Below, piece by piece: positions 11,301-24,323 of a DNA stretch of 64,000 nucleotides. Source of the stretch: Phyllosticta citribraziliensis (lineage: Eukaryota); assembly GCF_038025025.1 (NCBI RefSeq), contig NW_027117343.1, forward strand, positions 372,001 to 436,000. Direction: 5' to 3'. Position numbers and translations under genes: made by a program. The notes below the pieces were generated by a model. It made no database searches. It had not been told where the DNA came from and saw only the letters and a list, made by a program, of their open reading frames with translations. The number at the start of each line of letters is the position of its first letter. Positions within the stretch are counted from its first letter, which is position 1.

Positions 11301-14223
11301 GTCAATCCCGTCCTCGACTAAGCCGCAGCTGACAGAAGACTTTGATTGATTCTACAGCAGTAGTCCGGCGTCTGAGAGAAATCCGTCCATCCTCAGCACC
11401 TGTCACAAGTCGCGAGGGCAACCCCGTCCGGCTGGTGTTTGTTCATCCTTCTCAGCTGCTCCGGGAAAGGCTCGCCAACTATAAATCCGCCGCGTCCGCC
11501 CACTATCCCTTTCCTGGTCGTCCATTTTCACGAGCCACGAATCAAACACTCGAGAGCCATTTCCTTGACGCGCCGTCTTCTTGGTCATGGCAAAGTACGG
11601 CACTGCAAAGTCAAGTCGGCCATGCCGTGTCGACTTTCAGCTTCCAGCCTTTCGGCATGACAAGACTACGCATCCTCTGCCTCATCCAAAACTTCCAAGG
11701 ACCAATGGAGCCCTCTGCACGCTTTCTCTACACATGCTGCGCCCTCGACCAATGCTAAGCATCTTGCGTTTGACAGCCAGGAGGGTTGCTCCCGCAGATC
11801 GATGATCGTGCTCTGCCCACCAACCACTGCGTCGCGACTAATCCCAATCCACACTTGCTTCATGCCGCCAGCGGTTCTCAATCACTTTGCGACGGTCTTT
11901 GAAGCGCACCATCACCTTTTTCTTTTTCTTGATGCCGTCCATCCCTGTGTCAAGTTTTTTCCATCCTCTCCGCCAGTGCCTCAGTTCGTGGCATCGCGAG
12001 CCAATACACCAGTGTGAGATGTAGCCCGCCAAACAGGGCCTGGTTCGTTCCTTTCTTGATGGATTGGACTGGCATCCACACGTAAGATGCAGAGAAGGCG
12101 AGTAAGCCTCTGAACTTTGCCGCGCAAGGTTGACGAACCTTGTTCAAATTCTCCGAGCCTAGCTCATTTGAAAGCGCATTCCCTCGTCCATTACCGAGTA
12201 AGTCGTGTCTGTCGAAAATGCGTCCTTGGAGAGTTGACCGCGACAAGCGCATTGGCACAATCGCTGGGACGCGACTCTTGGTTCAACGGCGGCGGACCGA
12301 ACCAGCGATCAGCATGGTAACTGCGAACCAAGATTACTTGTTCGATAAATCCGATGGGTGTGCGCAACGGGGCTGACGACTACGACACGTCTGCTGCGCT
12401 TCGAGGTTGATGCTGAACATGTGCCCGCTCAATCACTCCAGACACGTCTTTCATGCTCGTCGTGGAGCGCCATTGCGACGGCGTCATGACGGGACTTTCA
12501 ACTCCAGAGTGGTCCAATGTAGAACTGTTTTCCCTGCGCCGCAATCATTCGATTCTTTTCACTCCCCCTCGCATGTACTTTTCTGCCCTGACCCAAACTC
12601 CCTCGCCGCCCGAACGAGCGTCGGCCGGCCATCGCCTTCCACAGCACTCCAAACAAGTCCGGATCGCGGTCCGCCGCAGCCGTCACCGTGCTTCTGTTCT
12701 GGCCGCAACGCAGGGTGTGCGTGCTGAGGAGAATCCACGACAAAGGAGGATTCACCCACCTCACACCACCGACCGCAAACGCAACCCGTCAGTCAACTCA
12801 CCTTGCTTGTCCCGATTCCGCGCTGCTCTGCGGCAGCCCCACCCACACACGACCGACCACTTGCCGCGCCTGTCCCGGACCTGCTACTCCCGCGTTGGTT
12901 CCAGGTCGCGTCGAGTCCAGTCCGTTCTCCTGGCAGGTCCGGGTCGTGGGCAGTGCTCGCTTGCTTGCTGGCCTGACATGACACCCGTAGTAGCCGAAGC
13001 CGCAGCCGCAGCCGCTGGCAGCGGCCAAGTCGCGTCTTCAGACTTGACAAGAGACGGGTAGGTTGTTGGCTGCACTACGCAGACCGGTGCGGGATGCGAG
13101 CGGTTGGTCCAGCCAGGCACGCCGCATGCAGTGCATATCCCGGCAGTCAGGGAGGTAGGCCTGGCGGTAGGTACTAGGTACTAAGTACTAGGTGAATGGG
13201 TACATAGGTAGCGAGCGGTCGCGCAATACCCGCCGCAGGTGTTGTTGCGTCGATGGGGGCGGGCTATTTTTGGGCCACGTCTCGTGTGCGTGCCCGCTCT
13301 TTCGCGCTGCTTCGCTGCTTCGCTGCTTTTCCGGGTTCCAGTTCCAGCCAATGATGGAAATGCCAGGTAGAGTACCGGCACCTCATGTTGCCGGTCTCAG
13401 AAATTCCTCTTCCGTTGTCCATGGGATCCCGCGGATGCTGTTCTTCCGCCAACTTGACCATTTCCATCCGGTCCCGTTCCTACATACTTATAGCCCCTGC
13501 TAGTCTAGGGAGAAGGGATCTTTGGTAAGGGTACCGTTCAGCACCGTACTTTACCATGGGAGTACGAAGATCAATCAAGGGGTGGAGTGATGAGACCCGC
13601 CCCTACTGACCACATGTGCAGCCGCTCCCTCTAAAGTACGGTAGACCCTCAGGTCCGCTGTTGCTCGCTCGGTCCCTTAGGTCTCTTGAATAGTTCCCCT
13701 TACCCTCCCTGCCAAATGGGCTAGCCTACCGAGTACTGTACCCGGTACCCTACCCTCCTCCACCGCCGGTGAGCCCACCGTCCCTGATCCACCATCCACC
13801 ATACGCACACTTTATATAGACCATTCATCGCTCCCAAACCACCCCTTTCTTCCCTTGGCCCCCTTTCCTAAAGCTATAATACATCAGTTCGAACCCGGTC
13901 CGGTCAAGCCAATCCCAGAGCCGTCGCGTGCTCGGCGTGGGAGCGGCGTGTCGACCGGCCGGCCGATTGGCGGGCGCGCGCCGTTGATGGTGCTGCGTTT
14001 GTGTCCTGTGTGCCTGGATCAGGCGCGAGAAGGGAGAAGTGAGAGAGTGCGATGAATTGAGATGCTTTCGATGATGCGTGGAAGGGAGAGGGAAAGAATA
14101 GAAAAGAAAGGCGAGGAGTGTAATTATACTCCACTTTACCCTCCTCTGCTTTGCTTTACTCCACTCTACTCCGCCTCTTTGAAGTTGCTCGCTGAGAGAG
14201 AGGCCTACTATTGACTGTAGACA

Positions 14224-14278
14224 GGCTAACTGACTGACTGACTGACTGGCTAATTGACTGAATGATTGACTGCCTGAC
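14224..14278. repeat. (ACTG)n-type microsatellite within a simple-repeat-rich intergenic region
   Basis: ctgactgactgactgactg...ttgactgaatgattgactg. Neighbouring (GCCA)n, (GCAC)n, (GAA)n and (GAT)n tracts lie between 14.3 and 15.9 kb. Confidence 0.7.
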
Positions 14279-16033
14279 CGCCGCCTTACAGGAAAAGGAA
14301 GAGTAAAGCAGAGAACCGCGGCATACCGGCAGACAGAGCAAGAGCAAGCGCAACTTTGCATTGTTGTTGCTGCTGTCGCTGCTGTTGTGCTAGTCCGTTA
14401 AAAAGTAGAGCGAAGAGCAAAGAGCGAAGAGAAGAGAGGTGTAGCAAGTGCTCAAAGGCAGCAGCATACAGCCAGCCAGCCAGCCAGCCAGCCATCCATC
14501 ATCGGACGTCATCTGACCAACCCAACAAACAAAAGCTTCCCTAGTTGTCTATACATACGTTTACCCTCGAACCTCTCAATCTCTCAATCGACCGACTGAA
14601 CGCAGCAGTAGCGGCGGCAGCAGCGACGGTAGAAAAGCATGAAGAAGAGGAAGAGGAAGAAGGAGATGGAGAAGAAGTAAAGTCAAATAAGAGGCTGGTT
14701 GGCATGTAGGAAAGAAAGAAAGGAGGAGAGAGGAGGAGGAGGAGCATTACTGTAAAGTTGGCTGGGACCTCCTGCCGCAACAGCAGCGAACAGCGTCAGT
14801 CCGTACATGCATACGCTCTTACGTACACCCAGTCACTCGAACAGTCACCCAGTCACACATTCAGTCCATTAGCTCATCAGCTCATCAATCGATCGATTGG
14901 TCATTTGGCCAATCCCCAGGCCTCTATCACCACCGCAGTCACCACGAGAGGGCGGCAGCGAAAGATCTGCTAGACTGCACTGCACTGCAACGCAGCTAGA
15001 CTGCACTGCCGCCCCGTCACGACAAGACCAGAGAAGACGAGAAAATCAAGTCTAACCGCCCGCCCGCCCAACGACGACGGCAAGCCCGCACCTATCGATC
15101 AACTGCCTCCGCCCAATTCCCAATCGACGAAGAAGAGAGGAATGAAGACAAGAGGAGAGGAGAAGAGGAAGAGAAGAAGAAAAGAAGAAAAGAAAAGGCC
15201 TGCCTGCCTGCCAGCCAGCCTGCCGTGCAGTCCGGTCAGACAGTCAGACCCTCCGATCCCGTCGCAGTCTTTCTTGATATATCCATCCATCCATCAATTC
15301 ATCAATCCATCCAGCCCGCAAGCCAGCCAGCCCATCCCGACAACCGACCTACCCGACCAATCAACCGACGCACGCACGCACGCACGCACGTCTGCTTCTC
15401 CAGCGCCCCCGCCCCGACACCCCGACGATACTCAGGTCTGATATGTGTAATGTAAGGTAAGCTGGAGCCTAGATCTGCCCTTGCCCTTCCTTGCCCTTAC
15501 TCGCTCGAACAACTCAACCCCTTACCCGAACTCAACCCCAACCCCAACCCCGAACCCCAACCCGACGCTCACTGGTGCTGGTGCATCGTATTCGTGACTC
15601 GTTACTCGTCAATAGAGAGAAGAAGAGAGAAGAGAAGAAAGGACAAAAACCTCAAAAAGATGAAAAGATAAAGGAGAAGCAAGAGCAAAAAGCTTTCAGT
15701 GGGGTGTGTGGTATCTCCGCTGCATGATGGGGGGTGAATGCCGTGTAGCGCGCGCAAAAGGCAGGTAGGCAGGCAGCAAGCAATCTTTCTTTTGTGTGAT
15801 CCCGTCCGTCCCCAGCCCCAGAGGCAACAGGATGATGATGATGACTCGCATGATGCGGATGTAATCGATGATGATGATGAGCAGCGCTACGCTATGATGA
15901 GCGGGAGGGAGGAGGAGGACACCAGCAACTGTCTAATGGTCTTTGCAGCAGAGCACGCAAAATTAACTGACTGGACCGCCAATGGGAAATGCAGCAGGTG
16001 GCGCGGTCGTGACAAGGGTCGACGAGGCAGAAT

Positions 16034-17905
16034 CTAGCGGTAGCGGCCCCGGCGGTCTTCGTAGACGACTTCGCGCTCGACATAGTCGTACTCGCGCGGA
16101 GGAGGAGGCGGCAGCGAGGGTTTGCGCTCGACCGTTGTGCGCTCGATTTCAATCTCGCGGATGCGCTTGCGTCGGTCGCGGCGAATGTCGTCCGAAATCT
16201 CGACCAGCTGAAGGACGTCCTCCTGCACATTGTTAGATTGCCCACATTCCATTCCAGAAAACTTACATATCGGAGGTATTCCATGACGTAAAAAAAGTTT
16301 TCCGTCTCTTCGTAGTCGTATTTCATGGCCTCGATCGCCTCCTTGAGGACCAAGTCCTTGGTAATTTCGGTCCACATGTCGGCCGGCTTTGGTTTGGGTG
16401 GCGGAGGGAGCGCCGGTGGAGCAGGGCCGTATTCAGATATGAATTCTTTGCCGTCTGCAATGAATTTTGACCTCCTCGCGCCATTGTATCGTTGCCAGGA
16501 GATTTCTTGAGCTCCACCACCAATGCCTTCCATGCGCACCTTGTTGGTTCCGGGAGGCACGTCGACAAGACCCCAATCCTTGGTCGCACCATCCTTGGCC
16601 TCTCCAAGGGTAGCTCGCTCAAAGGCCTTGCGATGGTAGTATTCGGCCTCTGTCTCCAGATCCCAGTCTGCAGGTTTTGGCATGCTGACGGAGCGGTGTC
16701 TGTGGACAAGTTCGACCTTGGGCTCCTTTTTCGTCTCTTTTTCGTAGATGATTTCGTCATCATACACCTTCCTACATAGACGTCAGTATCTGCAGCTCGC
16801 TATCTCAGGTTGCGCTCACTTCTTCTTGATTACGACCGACTTTTCCTCCTTGACAGACGGAGGAGAAGGGGGAGGAGGCGGAGGGGTAGGCGGTTTGGCC
16901 TTTTCAACTCCTAAGACTGGTTAGCGGTAATGGGCACATTCTGGGGCGCGACAAACCATGGTCAATGTGACGGTGGTGAGTGATGATTTCCTGGACAATC
17001 GGCGGTCGGATGAATGGGTCGGGAGGCGGCGGCGCGTGGGGAGAAGGAGGCGGGCTGGGACTGGGCGACTTTTCCGTCTTGCGAATGATGATTTCTTCGC
17101 GCTCGCGCACCGGGGGCGGAGACGGGGGCGAAGGAGGGCGAGGAGCGCGCCTGCGAATGACAAACTCCTCCTTTTCGCGGACGAGCGGCGGGGGCATGCT
17201 CCTCGGGGGCGAGGGCGAGCGGTGGCGGCGAATCTTGACATGTTCCTTTTCTACTTCTGACCCAGATTTCTCAGTGCGCCGAACATGTACTTCTTCACGT
17301 TCTGGCTCACTGGGCGGCGGGCGCGAACCCCCTCGGCGAAAGACGATTTCTTCGCGCTTTGGCGGTGGGGACCTGCGCTCTCGAATGTAGACCTCTTCGA
17401 CGTCTGGCGGGGGCGGGGGCGGTCGGCGGCGGTCGATGACGATTTCTTCGCGTTCGACCTCGCGCGGGCGAGGGCCTCTCGAGACTGAAGAAGTTCGACG
17501 TTCTTTAACAACGTAATCGGGGTCGCGAGGAGGGGGAGGGTCTCTACGGTAAATGACCTCCTCGCGCTCAACGTCTCTGGGCGGGGGGCGGTCGGGCTTT
17601 TTGATGCGCACTTCGTCGCGCTCAATGTACTCTTTGCGGACCCGCGGGGGCGGAGGGTAGTCGTCGTCGGGCATGACAGAGCGCGAGCGTTCTGGCAGGA
17701 CGAGGGGACCGGACGAGGTTTGGCCGTAATCGTCATGCAAAAAGTCGGGGTGAGAGCGGCGAGCAGAGAACTCGGAGCGAGGACGGCCGCGGGTCAGCTC
17801 GTAGTCAAATTCCTCGTAGTCGTGGTGGGAGCGGTCGGCATGGTAAAAGTCGCGCTCCCTCTCTTCGTATAATTCGGCAGTTGGATAGGCACGCCGGGAT
17901 CCCAT
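16034..17905 (-). CDS. Conserved fungal Arg/Glu/Pro-rich protein with repeated 'EREEIIIR' units and a conserved C-terminal domain (multi-exon)
   Basis: Long ORF 16904-17905 with repeated EREE[IV][IV] motifs. Downstream exons give WGLVDVPPGT, WTEITKDLVLKEAIEAMKYDYEETENFFYVMEYLRY|EDVLQLVEISDDIRR. Canonical introns are visible. Confidence 0.8.
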
Positions 17906-20900
17906 GGTGGACGGTGAGGCTGGGGGATCGGCCGGGTACGGCGGGGTGGTGGGGAGGCGTTGGGTGAGGTAAGGTCGGACAGGTCAGGTCTTGAGAGAGA
18001 GGGCGAGGGCGAGGGCGCTGTCGACGACGGATGGATTGGGAAGTTGGGCGGTTGTGTTGGGTAGGAGGAGAGAAGAGCGCAGGAAGAACCCAGTGGGGAG
18101 GCGCCACAGGGCAACCTCAGGGCGGGCTGGGCAGGGCGCGGCGGTTGACGTTGACGACGACGATGGAATGAGGTGAGAGATGAGGAGGATGAAGAAGCAG
18201 AGGAGACGCAAAAGAGAGGCAGGCGACACGAAAAGCGGGGAGCAGCAGAAGTCGAGGGTTTTGATGCAGCAGGCCTTGCATAACACAGCGACTGCAGTGC
18301 AGTGCAGTGCACACCGGGAGCCTATCCCCCCATGCGAAACACCACGCACAGGAACCCACCGGTCAACGCAACGCAAGTCTTCTCGAACGTCAACCTCCAT
18401 CACATCAGCTTGGGTTCATCGTCGATGCGGCAGCGCAGCCCAACTCCAGGTTCCCCCCGTCCGGCAGCGGTTTCAACGGCAAAGAGCGAGACGGGCCGCC
18501 CGAGTCCATGGCCGCCCAACACCACCACCACATGACATGCACAGTGACGCAGCCCGCAGGCCTGATCCCAACTCCAAGATTGCGCGCCCTCGAATCACCG
18601 ACCACAGAAGAGAGTTGGTTGTCGGTTCGGCCCAGAGCCTGTTTCTCGCTGCTCGGCTGTGTCCGCTCAAGACGTCCGTCCGTCCTCTCAATCCATTCCG
18701 CACCTCGACAGGAAAGGAACGGAATCCAATTCTCGCGTCTGACTTCAAATTACCCGTCACATCTCTGACGTCGGGTGTGCCCTAGCTAGCGGATGTCCGC
18801 CCTGTCATTGCTTCACTCCCGTCCAGTCCACTAGACCACCCCATCGCCAATTGCCGCATTGGGTACCAACCACCGCCCACCAGCCACCGCGCCACCCCAT
18901 TTTTGCAATCTCAGCTTGCTGTCAAAAAGGGTCTGTGGCCATCTCTCAACTAAACCCCCCCTCGCCATCGAGAACTTCTTGCCCCATCGCCAACCATGCT
19001 CACCACGCGGCTGTTCCTGAATCTCCGCCCTATCCCTCTCTCCCTCTCCTCTCCCTCCCTCGCGCGTTCCTTTCCCATCCACAACCACATCTCTTCCTCC
19101 AACATGACCACTCCCACGCCCGGTTGCCGAGCACTCGCGCAGCAGCACATCACTAGCTACCTACATATCTAAGTAGCACCGGGAACCACAGCTACAGCTG
19201 CTGCGCGCCTCCTGAAGCCGGCAGGCAGGCAGCGCTGCTAGCATGGACAAGAGACGCGGGACCGCGCGCCCGACCCCCGCGCAGCAGGGGCCGTCCCGGC
19301 GTCCAGACAGGGCGCATCTGCTTGGCGAGGCTATCGGCCGATGCCTTCCATCCATCATTATTAGTGCCAGATTCCCTGCTCAGGCTAGCCGCGAGTTTCG
19401 TCGGGAAACGAACGGTACGGTAGGTAGGTACTTGACGTCCTGACATCCTGATGTGCCTGCGGAAGGTCACTGGTTCTTTGCGCTTTCTACTTTTTTCTCT
19501 TTTTCTCTTTTTTTCTTTCTCTCTCTCGTGTGTTGGATTTTGCGCAGAGTTGTGGAAGTGCAGGCGGTGTCTGCTGTCTATCCTCACAGCGTCAGCATCA
19601 GCGGCAGCAGCACTAGACACCAAGAAAAAAACTCTGCCTCCATCTGAAACACCACACGAAGCGGAACTCCCCCAGAAACCGCCAAACCCCAGAATCCCGC
19701 AAGAAAGAGACGAAGAAAAAGAAAAGAAAAGAAAAAAAAAAAAAAAAAAAAGCTCCCGCAAACTTCGCCTGTAACCACTAGGGAACCCCACTCTCTCTTT
19801 TGTCGACGAAGAATCTACATGCATCCGCTCAAACACTCCCCCAAACACCCGCCATCCACCCGTGCGAGCGTGCTTGTCTGTCTGCGTCGGGTAGGCAGGC
19901 AGGCGGGCAGGCGGGTTTCTTGAAGCCTTACGGCCATGGCTGGCGGGATGTGCCTCTTTCTCTCACTGCTGCACTCTCCCGTCTCATCTCGTCTAGAGAG
20001 AGACTCACAGCGCGTATTTGATCTGCGACGCAACGCGACGTGACGCGCCTGCGTCTACGTGTCTACGTGTCTACCCTGGGCAATCAGGTACTCAGGTACC
20101 AGTCTGCAGGTATAAGGTACACACCTTACTATACCTTGCTGTTCTCTACCTACCGTACGCGGGTATCAGTACGCATCATAGACAGTCAGCCACGTGACGA
20201 CAGCGACCACCTTCGCTTCCTCCCTCCCCCTTTCTGGCACGTGTGCTCTCTTGCCTTCTAGTATGCAGTAAAGGGGGCGGAATAGAGCATGTATGCGTGC
20301 GTGTAGTTAGTGCGGTTAGCACAGCGTTAGCTTTGCTGATCTGCCTATCCTGGTAATTTGAGAATGGAGACAGGCGTGGAAGGAAGGTTTAAAGCATCGA
20401 TTTCTTCCATTCCCGTCTTACCTTCCCGTGCCTCATCGCTGTCGGTATACCTGTGGTACGGTACATGTAGCGTGCGTTCATGCATCCAAGACATAGGTAC
20501 AGATGAGATGAGATGGACTACACTGTGTGCAAGAAACAGGCGTATAGTACATGCATGGTGCATAAACTGTTGTCTAGGCATTGTTGAGTGTATATACATA
20601 CCTACCTAGGCAGCATATTTGACATGTCATGGTATTTGTGCACGCGCGCTGATGGTGCCAAGCTTTCTTGCGGCTTTGCATCTTTACTTGTGTTGTTCAT
20701 TTGTTCATTTACTTGGTGGTGCTAGTTGCTCGACCTAGACAGACTACAGCCCATGCGCTCACCTGTCAAGATGCGAGCGAGGCATGTGGACACATCGCGA
20801 TCCCCCTATCCCCCTCATCGCACCCCACCCCGCCTGCCCAGCCTACCCAACCTACCCCCTCCAGCGCCTCCCTCAACCCCTTGTGCCACTACCTCTCCCT

Positions 20901-21440
20901 CACAGCCCCAGCCCAATTCATCAAGAGAAGACTGCACGAAAAGAAAACACGATCCGAAAAGTAAAAAGCTCAAAGCTCAAAGTGAAGAGCGAGGGCGTCG
21001 AAGCTGCTCCCATGCCGCTGTACTGCGCTGCACCACGTATATGTATGTATGTATGTACACTGAATCACTGACTCGCCGACTTGCTGACTGACTGGCTTAC
21101 GCTGGACTCATCTGCGGGAAACGAAAGAAAAGGAAAGCAAAGGAAGAAAAGGGGAAACGATGCTGCGCTGCGCTGCGCTGCGGTTCACTCTGCGTCCCCT
21201 CTTCTCTCATATTCGACTATCGCTGCTCGACGGACTGCTCGACGGACTGCTCAACGCTCAGATAAAGACGACGATTGACGATTGACAAAACGGAAGCTGA
21301 GATGATGGATGGATGGATGGGAATCCGAAATGCTGATGTGGATGATGGTCATGGCGACAAAGGGAAAGAGGCAGAAACGCCAACGACGACAACGACTTAT
21401 GAAAAGGGGGAAACGCCAGGAAAGCTAGGTCATGTACACA

Positions 21441-23572
21441 TCACTCAACGCCCTCCCCGCGCTGCAGCAGCCCCAGGCCCCGCTCCTTCAGCTTGTACTT
21501 CTGCACCTTGCCGCTGGCCGTCTTAGGCAACGCCGTTTTAGCATCGACCCAAAAGACAAACTTGGGCACGAGATGCGCGCTCAGCTTGGCGCGGACCCAG
21601 GCTCTGACGTCGTCGGCCGCGAGGTGCGCGCCCTCCCGCCGCAGGACAAACGCGGCGACGCACTCGCCGTAGCGGTCGTCGGGGAGGCCGACGACAGCGG
21701 CCTCGGCCACGCCGTCGCACGCCAGCAGGCAGCTCTCGACTTCGAGCGGCGAGATGTTTTCGCCGCCGCGGATGATCAGGTCCTTGATGCGGCCCGTGAT
21801 GGCGACGTAGCCGTCGGCGTCCATGACGCCCTCGTCGCCCGTGTGCATCCAGACGACCGACGGGTCGGCGGCGTCCGGGACGAGCACTTCTGCCGTGCGC
21901 GCCGCGTCGTTCCAGTACCCGCGCATCGTCACGTAGCCCGAGACGACGACCTCGCCCTTGGTGCCGACGGGGACGACGCGCGCGCGGTCGACTGGGTCGA
22001 CGATCTTGACCGACACGTGCGGCAGCGGCTTGCCGACCGTGTTGACGCGCTTGGCGAACGAGTCGGACGGCGCCGTCATGAGCGACACGGGCGACGTCTC
22101 GGTCATGCCGTAGCAGTTGGTGAGCCGGTCGAGGTGCAGTTCGGCTTTCAGTTTGCGGATGAGCTCGGCGGGCACGGCGGAGCCGGCGGCGATGCCTGTT
22201 CGGAAGTTGGTCATGTAGGCGAGGGCGCGGGCTGATGGCATCGTTTGCAGCAGGTCGAGCTCGGCGAGGAACATGGTGGGTACGCCGTAAAGTGCCGTAC
22301 AGCGGTATTCGGCGGCGGCCGTCAGCGTGGCGAGCGGGTCGAAGCATTCGCTGGGGAAGACAATGGCCGCTCCATGGGTGCTAGTGGCTTGGAGACCAAG
22401 GACGCAGCCAAAGCAGCTGAGATGATGAGTATATGTCTGGGAAACACCGGTAGCAGCACAACTTACTGGAAGAGAGGAGGCGGACAACACACGGCATCGT
22501 CTGCCGTCAGCTTCAGCCGGTCTCCTATACTCTTGCCATTGTTCAACACATTTCGATGTGTCAAGCAGGCAGCCTTGGGCGAGCTCGTCGTGCCAGAGGT
22601 GAATTGAATGTTGATGATTTCGTTGTGATCTAATCCCTGATCAGGAAGGTATTTTTCTGCCGACGGACCGCTGGAAACCACATCTTGATATCTGGTCAAG
22701 CTGCGGAACTGATCAATATCAACGCGGCCCTTGGAGTTGTCCACGACCACGACGCCTTTGAGTGACGGCACGAGAGCCGACTCGATTTTGGCGCTCGAAC
22801 GTAGATTTGGCAGCAGGTGCTCCAGTAATGGGACGTTTGACCGCGGATCTTTGAACGGTAGATGCGTCTCGGTGCCTATTATCAGGTGACTGGCTTCGAG
22901 ATGCGTTATGGCCGAGGCGACTTGGGTGACTGTAAAGGCCGGATTCAGCGGAACGAGAATGGCGCCGAGTTTTGCAAGAGCAAATGTGGCCTGCAAGAGT
23001 TAGATCATGTAGAAAAAGACGGGAGAGAGAAAAATACAGTGACATGCTCAATGTTGTTGCCCAGACTCAGGGCAACTCGGTCTCCTTTTTGGACATTGAT
23101 AGACTGCAGACCGCGAGCGAGGGCATTGCTGGCACGGTCGAGAGCGTCGTATGAGAGGGTGGTTTCTTGGTGGTGAGCAATGACGCTGTCTCATTCGTCA
23201 GCACCTCAGGCAGCGGAGCCGGGTGATTGTTTGGGGGGCCGTCGGCTTACGCAGGGCGATCTCCGTACTTGGCCACGGTGGACGAAAAGTACTGGCCAAT
23301 GGTCTGCTCCAGCAAGGCGGGCTACAGTACGCAAGTCAGTCAGTACAGCAGCATGGATGCCTGGCAGTTGTACATACGGCCGGCGGCCCTCGTGCGTGCG
23401 ATGTGGTCAACGGCAAGCTGGAGCTGGAGCCAGAGCCAGACAAGGCGCGGTGTGGCGCGTGTGGCAGTGGCAGTGGCAGCGGCAGTCGGCGCCACAGTTG
23501 CCCCTTTGGGCAAGCCGAGGCAGGTTTGGGGGATTTGGTAGCGGCTCTCTTGCAAGCCAATGAGGGTAGCAT
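21441..23572 (-). CDS. AMP-binding acyl-CoA synthetase (ACSF2-like), probable mitochondrial presequence
   Basis: Motifs INIQFTSGTTSSPKA, YGMTETSP, WMHTGDEG, GRIKDLIIRGGENISPLEVE and LPKTASGKVQK. Several GT-AG introns. Basic, Ser-rich N-terminus. Confidence 0.92.
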
Positions 23573-24323
23573 GGTCGGGTGTGGTGGCCGCGGGTTATCT
23601 CGGCGAGGTCATCCACGTTTCGATGAGGGAGGGTGTCGAGGGGTGGAAGAGGACGAGTAGTGCCCGGCCGTGTTGTGTGCGGGAACCAGGTGCCATGACT
23701 TGATGCGGGGCAGCCAGGGGAGGGGGGGCTTGCGGGGATTCTGGCCTTTGACGCTGGCGGATGACATACGGTGCGAGCTGACAGGCCCCATCGAGACTCC
23801 ACCTCCAATTGACCTGACCCGCTGAGATCATGTCACTTCACCTATCGTGAGATGAGACCGACTCGACTCCCGCGCCCAATCACGCCAGCACCGCCGCCGC
23901 TTACCAATGAATGAATGCCTGCTTCCGGCACCCCTGCCAACACACGGAACCCAACACCAGAAAATGCACCTCATCCCTTGACTCTTCACATGAAATATCT
24001 ACCAGGCCAAGGTACTTGTTCCACGCTCCCCCATTTCATCTGCTCTGCTCTGCTCAGCTCTGCTCGGCTCAGCTTGCTGCCACGCACTCATGCTGCGACC
24101 GTCTCGTCATCTATGCGTAGCCCCACATAAGTACACTATACAATCACAACTAATGCTGTACCCAATGTGCTTGGTAAAAAAGGTATCAAAACCCCCCGCC
24201 GCCCAGTTTCCAAAAACACCAAATGAAAAGACCACATCGTCAGTCGTGCACGTCAACACCCGCTACCCTCCAAACCACTAGGAATATGCTAATGTATGCG
24301 GCAGCACCACCATCCTCTCGCCT

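Noticed and set aside
13887..13900. GTTCGAACCC B-box-like motif
   Set aside because: No T-stem, acceptor stem or A box around it.
15512..15563. (AACCCC)n telomere-like tract
   Set aside because: It is short and degenerate, is not the TTAGGG repeat, and lies among many other microsatellites.
21432..22347. Long alternative-frame and antisense ORFs over the acyl-CoA synthetase
   Set aside because: These are shadows of extreme GC3 bias; the same applies to those over ROM2, the NmrA-like gene and the BTB genes.
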